A DNA stretch of 64,000 bases from Patescibacteria group bacterium. GTDB lineage: Bacteria; Patescibacteriota; Minisyncoccia; Phycocordibacterales; SIBU01. The DNA is taken from assembly GCA_040390045.1 (NCBI GenBank), contig JAZJZC010000003.1, forward strand, positions 115 through 64,114. Direction: 5' to 3'. Shown in pieces: positions 38,650-46,808 of the stretch. The notes under the pieces are model-generated. The model did not search any database, was not told where the DNA came from, and worked only from the letters and a program-made list of their open reading frames with translations. Both the position numbers and the translations under genes were made by a program. The number at the start of each line of letters is the position of its first letter. Positions within the stretch are counted from its first letter, which is position 1.

Positions 38650-38862
38650 AAATTTTTAGGGGGATAAGAAGGGGAAAAGTCGGGAACAGTCTGGGGAAAA
38701 GTTTATGAAAAAATTAAAACGAAAAAATTCTTCACAACCACAAGTCAGTTTCGCACACCTTATACTTTTAAGAATTCAATAAAAACCCTTACCCAGCAAC
38801 ACAAGCCGCCAAAACAATGTTATCCCCAAGGTTAGTAGTAGTAATATATTTAATATAGACAT
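38650..38862. other. Probable oriC between dnaA and dnaN
   Basis: DnaA-box-like GGGGGATAA 38659, TTCTTCACA 38728 and TTATCCCCA 38820, then TAGTAGTAGTAA (trio-like, polarity not canonical) and an AT-rich tract. Confidence 0.7.
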
Positions 38863-39963
38863 ATGAAAATAGAGTGTGCACAAAACAAATTGCAGCAAGT
38901 GTTACAACAAGCTGAAAAAATTGCTGGAAGAAATTTAAATCTCCCTGTTCTTTCCTGTGTTCTTCTTGAAGCTAAAAAAGGTCAGCTCACGATTCGCTCC
39001 ACCAATCTTGATTTAGGGTTTGAAGCTGTAGTACCTGCAAAAATCGACGCCGAAGGCGTTCTTGCTGTTCCAGCTGCTGTGTTGAACTCCACTATTGCCA
39101 GTATTCCAAATGAAAAAAGTGTTAAATTTGAAAATACTGAATTAAACCTTACGATTACCACCAACAAAAGTAAAAGTACTATCAAATGCATGCCAACTGA
39201 AGATTTTCCAACCATACCCATGTTGGAAAAAACTCAATACTGCGAAATGCCAGCGGCAGACTTCGTAAAAGGCTTGAAGGCTGTTTGGTACAGCTCGTCG
39301 GTTTCCAGTATCAAACCAGAACTTTCAAGTGTTTGTATTTATTCGGAGGACGGAAGCTTAATTTTTGTGGCCACTGACTCATTCCGACTCGCTGAAAAAA
39401 AAGTGAAAACTAAAATTACTAAAGATTTTGAAAAAGTCTTGATTCCATTTAAAAATATTTCTGAAATTATTCGAACTTTAGAAAAAGCAGAAGGCAGTAT
39501 GGAAATTCGATTCAGCAAACATCAAATCGCCTTCGTGTTTAACGGAACCTACCTCACTTCTCGAGTTATCGATGGTAGTTTTCCTGATTACCATCAAATT
39601 ATTCCTAAGGAATTTAAAACCGAAGCGGTGCTTTTGAAAGAGGATCTCGTCCAGTCGCTCAAAGTCAGTACGATTTTTTCTGACTCCTTTAATCAGGTGA
39701 ATGTAGCGCTTGATCCAGAAGCCAAAAAATTTCAACTGACCACCAAAAACGTTTCTTTGGGAGAAAACAGCACCAAACTCGACGCCGCGCTTTCCGGCGA
39801 CCCTGCCGAAGCTAACTTTAATTTTCGTTATATCAACGACTGCTTGCAATCAATCGACTCAGACAGCCTTTCCCTCTCGTTTGCTGGTCCAAGCCGTCCT
39901 GTGGTCATCCGGGGCGTCTCTGATAAGAGTTTTACCTATCTCGTGATGCCGATGAATAAATAA
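38863..39963 (+). CDS. dnaN: DNA polymerase III beta clamp
   Basis: STNLDLG, VATDSFRLAE, SRVIDGSFPDY, YLVMPM. Confidence 0.98.
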   Translation: MKIECAQNKLQQVLQQAEKIAGRNLNLPVLSCVLLEAKKGQLTIRSTNLDLGFEAVVPAKIDAEGVLAVPAAVLNSTIASIPNEKSVKFENTELNLTITTNKSKSTIKCMPTEDFPTIPMLEKTQYCEMPAADFVKGLKAVWYSSSVSSIKPELSSVCIYSEDGSLIFVATDSFRLAEKKVKTKITKDFEKVLIPFKNISEIIRTLEKAEGSMEIRFSKHQIAFVFNGTYLTSRVIDGSFPDYHQIIPKEFKTEAVLLKEDLVQSLKVSTIFSDSFNQVNVALDPEAKKFQLTTKNVSLGENSTKLDAALSGDPAEANFNFRYINDCLQSIDSDSLSLSFAGPSRPVVIRGVSDKSFTYLVMPMNK

Positions 39964-40093
39964 ATATAGCAAGCTACTAATCAAACTAACACCACTAATA
40001 ACTACCAACAAAAAAGAGCAGAGTTAACACCCATTATTTGTAACCCAATACTTAGACTTAATCTTAATAAAATCTTAAAATAATTTACTATTT

Positions 40094-40495
40094 ATGGAAA
40101 AGCTAGAAAAGAATCCGGAAGGAGTTGAATTGCAAAGAGTCGTTGAAGATTTTGATCAAACAATGGGGTCTGGAAATCTTCAAACTGTCGAAAAATTCAA
40201 AGAAATTTGTAAGTATAGAGCTCAACTTGTTCGTCAAAACATAGTATCTCTGGGAGAGTGGGGGAAGCAAGATCTTTTAAAAGAAGCGTCCAGGTTAGAG
40301 AAGGCCGCAAATGGAGACGTTGATGAACTAGTTGCTGAGGCAATGGGACATGCGCGTGCCCATAATTCGACGCGTGAAATACCTACCATATTACAAAAGA
40401 ACCGATCTAAATCACAAGAAGATCAGGAAGCAGTTACAGCGGAGAAAACATGGAAGCGTCTCGCAAGATTGGTAAAAAAACCTGTTCAATCTTAA
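40094..40495 (+). CDS. Hypothetical helical protein
   Basis: 133-aa ORF filling the gap after dnaN. Confidence 0.65.
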   Translation: MEKLEKNPEGVELQRVVEDFDQTMGSGNLQTVEKFKEICKYRAQLVRQNIVSLGEWGKQDLLKEASRLEKAANGDVDELVAEAMGHARAHNSTREIPTILQKNRSKSQEDQEAVTAEKTWKRLARLVKKPVQS

Positions 40496-40543
40496 AAAAT
40501 TAGTACATTAAATTATCATCTGTATATTTAGTGTTCCATTTCT

Positions 40544-40801
40544 ATGGAAAAAATTTCCTTCTTCTTAGAAAAATTCAAAACGCTCGGGCTCGGAGATATT
40601 CTCACTAAAAGATTGTTTGCAGAACAAGTCGAAAAAGTTCTGAATATTAAACTCAACAAAGACGATGTGTCTTTGAGAGACGGCGTTATCTACGTCAAAG
40701 CTCACCCGGTTTTGAAGAGCGAGTTGTATATGAAAAAACAGCTCGTTATCGACGAACTCTCAAAAGTTTTGGGCTCGGTCAAGATTACTGGCCTACGCTA
40801 G
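40544..40801 (+). CDS. Small protein, possibly DciA/DUF721-like
   Basis: SLRDGVIYVKAHPVLKSELYMKKQLVIDEL pattern; located near dnaN. Confidence 0.55.
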   Translation: MEKISFFLEKFKTLGLGDILTKRLFAEQVEKVLNIKLNKDDVSLRDGVIYVKAHPVLKSELYMKKQLVIDELSKVLGSVKITGLR

Positions 40802-43316
40802 TGTTAACGCTAAAGGTTATTTTAGTTTCTCCTCGATTAAGCTCAGTGTCGTAGGCAACAACGCGCAATTCATTTTCCGGTTTCAGATTTTCAATCGATG
40901 ATGGAGTGAACACAAAACTCCACGGCGCGCGCGCCGCTGACCCAACAAAGTTGCCGTTAATGAAATAATCAACTTTTGATATCGGGAATCTTCCTAAAAT
41001 GTTTACACTAACTGCAATTGGTTGATTTTTAGGGTACGAAACTCCAGCGCTGGGGCTTGAGACGTAAATTTGTGGCGCTAATCCAGGTGCATGCATTGAG
41101 TCACTGCCGAGTGGAATAACTGAACTATTTTCATTCTGGAATCCATTTTCCGCTCCCCATTTTTGGACTGCGTATTCCCACGATTTAAATTGAGGGTCGT
41201 CTCCGGGGTTCGTAGGTGCAGGACCGGTTGGATTATTTTTATCCACCCAATACAAAATTGAATGCAAATTTTTAACCACCCGTTCTTCCTTCATTTCTGG
41301 CGGAGTAAATTCCGTCGCTAGTTCGCCTGTCGGTTTGTTGACGAAGTACGATTGATTTCCTTGCCAGAAGCCAGCAAGCGCGGGCTTTAGGGTGGTCTTG
41401 TCGATTGGTGCGGGTTTTTTGAATGTTTCTACTGGGTAATTTTTTAATGCCGCTTGCGTTACCGCGTTCCAAAATGGCGCCACAATGAAACCGGCAATTT
41501 TTTTCTCCATCGGGCTGTTATTGTTGTTACCTGCCCACGCACCGATCACAAGGTTTGGGGTGTACCCAAGTATCCATGCGTCTTTGTAATCATTTGTAGT
41601 ACCCGTTTTGACTGCTACAGGCCGGCTCTCAATGTAGAGTGCCGAATGCTCACCGAATTCTGGCGCACGCGCCGCATTGTCACTTAAAACGTCATTCATA
41701 AGTAGCGCGGTTTGTTCAGGTAACACTTGAACGGGGTGAGGTTCAAATTCTTCTAAAACTGTTCCCGATTTATCTTCAACTTTTAAAATACTGGCATATG
41801 GGTTTCGAGTGCCGTTGTCAGCGAAGACCGAATACGCGCTTGTCATATCAAGGAGCGAAACCTCTCCACCTCCCAAAACCAAGGTGAGTCCGTATTGCCC
41901 GACGTTGGTCAGACTTTCGATACCCATATCTTTCGCCAAGTGTAGTGAATCTTTAAGTCCAGCAAGATAAAGGACTTGGATAGCGGGAATATTTCTTGAT
42001 TGTGCCAGCGCATCACGGAAACTAATTGGACCTAAATATTTACCGTCAAAGTTTACTGGCATGTAACACTTATCCTCATTACCCGCCAGTATTGGCGTAC
42101 CGTCAGGATTACACTCAGTGTCAAATTCAGTTGGTATATCAAAGACTGCGGTGTCTGGAGTGTAGCCTTTGTTGAAGGCTTCCGAATACACAATCGGTTT
42201 AAAGGATGAACCTGGCTGACGGTGAGCGAGGGCGACGTTAAAGTTACCATCAATATCTTTGTCAAAGTAGTCGCGCGAACCGACCATGGTTAAAATTTGC
42301 CCAGTTTTAGGGTCGATGGCAACCAGAGAAAGATTTTCTGCGTTAAATTTTTTCTTATTCTCTAGTGCATATTTTTTAGCAAGTTCCTCAGCAGTTTTTT
42401 CTAGGTTGTAGTCGAGTGTAGTGATAACTTTGAGCCCACCCTGTTCAACCATGTCTCTACCGTAGGTTTCTTCAAGGTACTGTCTGACATACATCACAAA
42501 GTGCGGCGCCTTTATGCCAATACTTTCCTGCTCTTTCCAGGTGACCTTCTCAAGTTTGGCTTTGGCGTACTCATCTTCATTGATGAAATTTTTTTCCAAC
42601 ATTTTTGATAAAACCAAATTTTTTCGATCTTCCAATCGTTGCGTATTGTTGCCGTACGGTGAGTAAAAAGTCGGAGCATTTGGAAGCGACGCGAGGTACG
42701 CCGCTTCAGCGATGCTAAGATCGGCAGCTTTTTTGCCAAAATAAGTTTCGCTCGCTTCCTCAATTCCGTACACGGTTCCACCGTAGGGAACTTCATTTAA
42801 ATAAATATCCAAAATTTCAGTTTTCGAAAGCACTCGCTCAAGTTTAACCGCCAAAACCCACTCTTTTAGTTTTCTGGAAATGGTTTTTTCAGTAGTGAGC
42901 AGAGAATTTTTGACGACCTGTTGGGTTATGGTTGAACCTCCTTGGGAAAGTTTTCCGTCTTTGAGGTTAACCCACACCGCGCGCAAGAAAGACAAGGGCT
43001 TAATACCATTGTGTTCGTAAAATTCGCTATCCTCGATGGCCACCGTGGCATTTTTAATATTCAAAGAAATTTCGCTGTCGGGCACCACGCTTCGCTTGAT
43101 ACCTTGATTTAAATCATACAAAAGAACCTCGCCGGTCCGGTCGTAAATTTTTGTCGATTCGCTCACCTTCCGTTCGTTAAACGAAGAGAGGTCGGGAATT
43201 TTGAAGGTCGAAACCCAAAAAAATAGTCCACCCCCAACAAAAAGTCCGAATACTAGGGAGGCAAGGATGATTTCTTTGACGTGATGTTTGCGTAATTTTA
43301 TTTTTTTTCTTCGCAT
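40785..43316 (-). CDS. Class A penicillin-binding protein (PBP1A family)
   Basis: AIEDSEFYEH, QGGSTITQQVVKN, RKLKE, RQPGSSFK, SRN, KTGT; C-terminal Ig-like domain. Confidence 0.96.
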   Translation of the reverse strand: MRRKKIKLRKHHVKEIILASLVFGLFVGGGLFFWVSTFKIPDLSSFNERKVSESTKIYDRTGEVLLYDLNQGIKRSVVPDSEISLNIKNATVAIEDSEFYEHNGIKPLSFLRAVWVNLKDGKLSQGGSTITQQVVKNSLLTTEKTISRKLKEWVLAVKLERVLSKTEILDIYLNEVPYGGTVYGIEEASETYFGKKAADLSIAEAAYLASLPNAPTFYSPYGNNTQRLEDRKNLVLSKMLEKNFINEDEYAKAKLEKVTWKEQESIGIKAPHFVMYVRQYLEETYGRDMVEQGGLKVITTLDYNLEKTAEELAKKYALENKKKFNAENLSLVAIDPKTGQILTMVGSRDYFDKDIDGNFNVALAHRQPGSSFKPIVYSEAFNKGYTPDTAVFDIPTEFDTECNPDGTPILAGNEDKCYMPVNFDGKYLGPISFRDALAQSRNIPAIQVLYLAGLKDSLHLAKDMGIESLTNVGQYGLTLVLGGGEVSLLDMTSAYSVFADNGTRNPYASILKVEDKSGTVLEEFEPHPVQVLPEQTALLMNDVLSDNAARAPEFGEHSALYIESRPVAVKTGTTNDYKDAWILGYTPNLVIGAWAGNNNNSPMEKKIAGFIVAPFWNAVTQAALKNYPVETFKKPAPIDKTTLKPALAGFWQGNQSYFVNKPTGELATEFTPPEMKEERVVKNLHSILYWVDKNNPTGPAPTNPGDDPQFKSWEYAVQKWGAENGFQNENSSVIPLGSDSMHAPGLAPQIYVSSPSAGVSYPKNQPIAVSVNILGRFPISKVDYFINGNFVGSAARAPWSFVFTPSSIENLKPENELRVVAYDTELNRGETKITFSVNTSVGQ

Positions 43317-43382
43317 GCAGGTTTACATAATACCACGAGCGCGAGGGGATTTTTAGAGGGAGGTTGTGTTAAAATAAACGCC

Positions 43383-44585
43383 ATGGAAAATCAAGAAAAA
43401 ATTGAAGAGCTTTTGACCCGAGGAGTGGAAAAGGTTTACCCAACCAAAGAATTTTTACGTGACCGGCTTTTGAAGGGAGAAAAACTCTCGATCTACTTCG
43501 GTATTGATCCAACCGGCCCTGCGCTTCACATTGGTCATGCGGTCAATCTACTTAAACTACGCGAATTTCAAGACTTAGGGCATAAAATAATCATTCTATA
43601 CGGCGGGTTTACGGCCCAGATTGGCGATCCGACGGGGAAAGGGGAGGCGCGCCAGCAACTAACCGCTGAACAGGTTAAAAAAAATACTCTTGCCTACAAA
43701 AAAATGATCGGCAAGATTTTAGATTTGAAAAAAGCCAACATCAGATTTTTGGATAATGAAAAGTGGAGTAATAAATTAAAACCAGTTGACCTCATTGCGT
43801 TAACTTCTCATTTTACGGTAGCTCAAGTGCTTGAACGCGACATGTTCCAAGAGCGCATAAAACAAGGAAAAGAAATTTACCTCCACGAATTTTTGTACCC
43901 ACTGTTCCAGGCATACGACGCGGTGACCATGGATGTTGATATTCAAATTGGCGGTAATGATCAGACCTTCAACATGCTCGCCGGTAGAACCCTGATGCGG
44001 AAAATGAAAAACAAGGAAAATTCTGTTATTTCCATGAAGTTGCTCGTTGATCCAACGGGCAAAAAAATGGGAAAAAGCGAGGGTAACATGGTAACGCTCG
44101 ATGAAAGTCCAGAAGAAATGTTCGGCAAGGTCATGAGTTGGCCTGACGGCATGATTTTGCCGGCGTTTGAATTGTGCACCAAGGTTGCCACTTCCAAAAT
44201 TGCAGAAATAAAAATTAAACTCGACGCTGGCCAAAATCCCAAGGAAGCTAAACTTATGTTAGCAGAACAGATTGCCGCTATTTATCATGGCGAAAAAAAA
44301 GCCGCACAAGCGCGCGAAAGTTTTCAAAAAACTTTTAGCCGAGGAGAATTACCGACCGATGTTCCAGAATTTAAAGCTCAGGCTGGCAGTTTTCTTTCAG
44401 ACTCTCTGTTGACCGCTGGAGTGATCGCTTCCAAATCTGAATGGCGCCGACTTGTTGGAGAAAATGCTGTTGGTGAGATTGCGTCTGATGGGGCAATCTC
44501 TAAAATTTCTGATTTTAATTTTAAAATTGAAAAATCTGCGGTTTTCAAAATCGGTAAGCATCGATTTCTAAAAGTTTTAATTTAA
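43383..44585 (+). CDS. tyrS: Tyrosine--tRNA ligase
   Basis: GIDPTGPALHIGH, QIGGNDQTFN, KMGKS, C-terminal S4-like domain. Confidence 0.98.
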   Translation: MENQEKIEELLTRGVEKVYPTKEFLRDRLLKGEKLSIYFGIDPTGPALHIGHAVNLLKLREFQDLGHKIIILYGGFTAQIGDPTGKGEARQQLTAEQVKKNTLAYKKMIGKILDLKKANIRFLDNEKWSNKLKPVDLIALTSHFTVAQVLERDMFQERIKQGKEIYLHEFLYPLFQAYDAVTMDVDIQIGGNDQTFNMLAGRTLMRKMKNKENSVISMKLLVDPTGKKMGKSEGNMVTLDESPEEMFGKVMSWPDGMILPAFELCTKVATSKIAEIKIKLDAGQNPKEAKLMLAEQIAAIYHGEKKAAQARESFQKTFSRGELPTDVPEFKAQAGSFLSDSLLTAGVIASKSEWRRLVGENAVGEIASDGAISKISDFNFKIEKSAVFKIGKHRFLKVLI

Positions 44586-44586
44586 A

Positions 44587-44635
44587 AAGGTCAAAAGAAA
44601 AACTCCCCTGGGCGGGGAGTTTTTCTTTTGACCTT
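44587..44635. terminator. Bidirectional terminator
   Basis: AAGGTCAAAAGAAAAACTCCCC-TGGGC-GGGGAGTTTTTCTTTTGACCTT. Confidence 0.85.
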
Positions 44636-44735
44636 AGATTAGGTCTGCTTCCTCAGTATCAATGTCCGGAGAAGCTTCTTCTACATCATCCATTAAATTT
44701 GGATCAAGTGGCTTGTTGTCGTCTTCGCTTTCCAT
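44634..44735 (-). CDS. 33-aa acidic micropeptide (not in ORF track)
   Basis: MESEDDNKPLDPNLMDDVEEASPDIDTEEADLI; stop codon runs into the terminator. Confidence 0.5.
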   Translation of the reverse strand: MESEDDNKPLDPNLMDDVEEASPDIDTEEADLI

Positions 44736-44868
44736 AGTTTAAAATTAACTACTAATTTCTATCGATTGTTTTCTCTCGAGCAAATTTATTTTCGATGAAA
44801 CAATCGCTCGTGCCATAGTTTTATCAGATATAAATTTTTTTGCAAATCTACGCAAGCTGTGGATAAAT

Positions 44869-45039
44869 GGCGCTCGGGCAGTTTTGGGAAAATGCGTGCT
44901 TCGGCAACACGGAAATCATAGTCGTTTCGTAACGAAAAACTCATAAGTCGCTTCGCTTCTGCGGCCAACTTCGTTTTTCTACTCAACTCCTTGATTTCCG
45001 TGTCGCCTTTCGCAATGCATTTCCAAAACTGCCCTCGCT
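44869..45039. repeat. 171-bp palindromic dispersed repeat, copy 1
   Basis: About 85% identical by manual alignment to the reverse complement of 57195-57365; ends GGGCAGTTTTGG/CCAAAACTGCCC pair. Confidence 0.85.
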
Positions 45040-45051
45040 AAGATACCGATG

Positions 45052-45672
45052 TTAAGAAACATCGGTAGGCAGAGGTGTCTGTGGTTTTGCTATAGTTTTT
45101 CTTCTGAAGAAACAAATATTCCACACGGTGGTATTGGCCACAACAAGAGTTGTCAGGTATGCGGAAGTTAGAAAATTATATTTATTACTCATTGCTAGTG
45201 CTAGCATGCTGGTTGCGGTCATTATTCCCCAGTAAGAGAGAGTCTCGCTCCACGGTTCTTCAAAGGATTTTCTGAATGTTGGCAGGTAACCAAGTCCATC
45301 AATTATTGAAATCATTAGTACCGAAAGCCAAGGGTTTCTTAGCCACCACCACACTACTACGGCCGCTAAGGCAGAGATGAGTACGAACGTGTCGCTTTTG
45401 GTGATGTTTTTGGTACCATATTTAAAAGCTAATAAAAAAACTAAAACTACTAGGATATTTCCAACGATGAGACTAAAAGTTCCATAATTTCCTCCTCCAC
45501 CTTTTAGAAAAGCTACTGTTGCAGTAATTTGAGTAATAACCCAAATTAACCACGTGTACAAATGAGGCTTTGTTTTTCTAAGAAAAATATCCCGAACATA
45601 AGGAACAAATCCAACTATGGTTAGAATTCCAGTGAGCAAAGATAGTAACAACTTAAAATTAAAATTTTCCAT
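45052..45672 (-). CDS. Polytopic membrane protein (PQ-loop-like duplicated repeat)
   Basis: PYVRDIF...KPHLYTWLIW and PTFRKSF...SETLSYW repeats. Confidence 0.75.
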   Translation of the reverse strand: MENFNFKLLLSLLTGILTIVGFVPYVRDIFLRKTKPHLYTWLIWVITQITATVAFLKGGGGNYGTFSLIVGNILVVLVFLLAFKYGTKNITKSDTFVLISALAAVVVWWWLRNPWLSVLMISIIDGLGYLPTFRKSFEEPWSETLSYWGIMTATSMLALAMSNKYNFLTSAYLTTLVVANTTVWNICFFRRKTIAKPQTPLPTDVS

Positions 45673-46153
45673 TAGTTATTTTTGTTTTTTCCCTCGCAAA
45701 GTAGGTAAGTCCCAGGGCGATTGCGTCATATTCATCATCCTCTTTGATCTTTTTTCCAACAACTAAAAGTTTTTCCACCATAAATTTCACTTGAGCCTTG
45801 TCACTTCTGCCGTAGCCAGTCACCGCCACCTTTACTTCAAGTGGGGTGTATTCTTTTATAGACAAATCTCCTCGCGTGCATTCATAGATAATCACCCCCC
45901 GAGCTTCAGAGACACGCATAGCCGTTTTTTGATTGTCAGCAAAAAACAATTTCTCAATAGCCAAAGCTTTCGGTTTGTATTTTTCAATTATTTTTTCAAT
46001 TTCTTTTCCAAGATTACACAGGCGAACTTCTACGGCATCACTTCGTTTGGTTTTAAAACACTCTGAAAAAATCAGAATTTCTTTTCCATTTATTTTTTCA
46101 ACCACTGCCACCCCCATTTTTTCGTACCCTGGATCGACTGCTAAAATTTTCAT
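45659..46153 (-). CDS. ruvC: Holliday junction resolvase RuvC
   Basis: ILAVDPG, AIEKLFF, EARGVI, YTPLEVK, DDEYDAIA. Confidence 0.97.
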   Translation of the reverse strand: MKILAVDPGYEKMGVAVVEKINGKEILIFSECFKTKRSDAVEVRLCNLGKEIEKIIEKYKPKALAIEKLFFADNQKTAMRVSEARGVIIYECTRGDLSIKEYTPLEVKVAVTGYGRSDKAQVKFMVEKLLVVGKKIKEDDEYDAIALGLTYFAREKTKITNGKF

Positions 46154-46180
46154 AATTGAAAATGCTGCGCGTTACACTTT

Positions 46181-46708
46181 TTACTCAGCATTAGTGAAGA
46201 CTTCCTGCACTTCGTCGTTATCTTCGAGTTCTTCAACCAGTTTTCCTAAAAGTTGTAAGTCCGATTCTTCAAGTGGAATTGTGGTTGTTGGTTTCCAACT
46301 CATACCTTCTTTGGCAAAAGCCCAGGTCGCGCTTCCCATGCCAGCCAATTCAAAACCATGTTTGGAAAGGATGAATTTAATTTCTTGGGCAGCTTTGTTG
46401 CGATTGTCGGTCAGCGCTTCAATGATGAGCGCCGATCCTCCAGGGCCATAGGCTTCATAGGTAATTGAATCCATTATCGCCGAACTATCCGTAGCTTTTT
46501 TGATAGCTCGCTCGATATTTTCATTCGGCATATTTTCCGCTCGGGCTTTTTCAATTGTGGCTCGTAACCCCGGTGCGTCTCGGTTACCTTTAGCTTTCTT
46601 ACTTTCGGCAGTAATTAACCTGGCGTACTTGCTAAACGTCTTGCTCTTTTGAGCATCGGTTACACCTTTTTGTCTCTTAATTTGTGACCATTTATTATGT
46701 CCGGACAT
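46181..46708 (-). CDS. yebC: YebC/PmpR family protein (short form)
   Basis: MSGHNKWSQIK, YEAYGPGG, LTDNRNK, LEDNDEVQEVFTN. Confidence 0.95.
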   Translation of the reverse strand: MSGHNKWSQIKRQKGVTDAQKSKTFSKYARLITAESKKAKGNRDAPGLRATIEKARAENMPNENIERAIKKATDSSAIMDSITYEAYGPGGSALIIEALTDNRNKAAQEIKFILSKHGFELAGMGSATWAFAKEGMSWKPTTTIPLEESDLQLLGKLVEELEDNDEVQEVFTNAE

Positions 46709-46808
46709 GGGGAAGTTGTTAGTTAGTAGTTCGTAGTGAGTAGTATAGGAGAAAAAATAGAAAAAACCAATTCATGGCTTTTTGCTCACGATTTTCTATA
46801 ATGGTGGG

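Noticed and set aside
46181-46708. Short YebC as a pseudogene
   Set aside because: The frame is intact with both termini conserved, so it looks like a compact natural variant.
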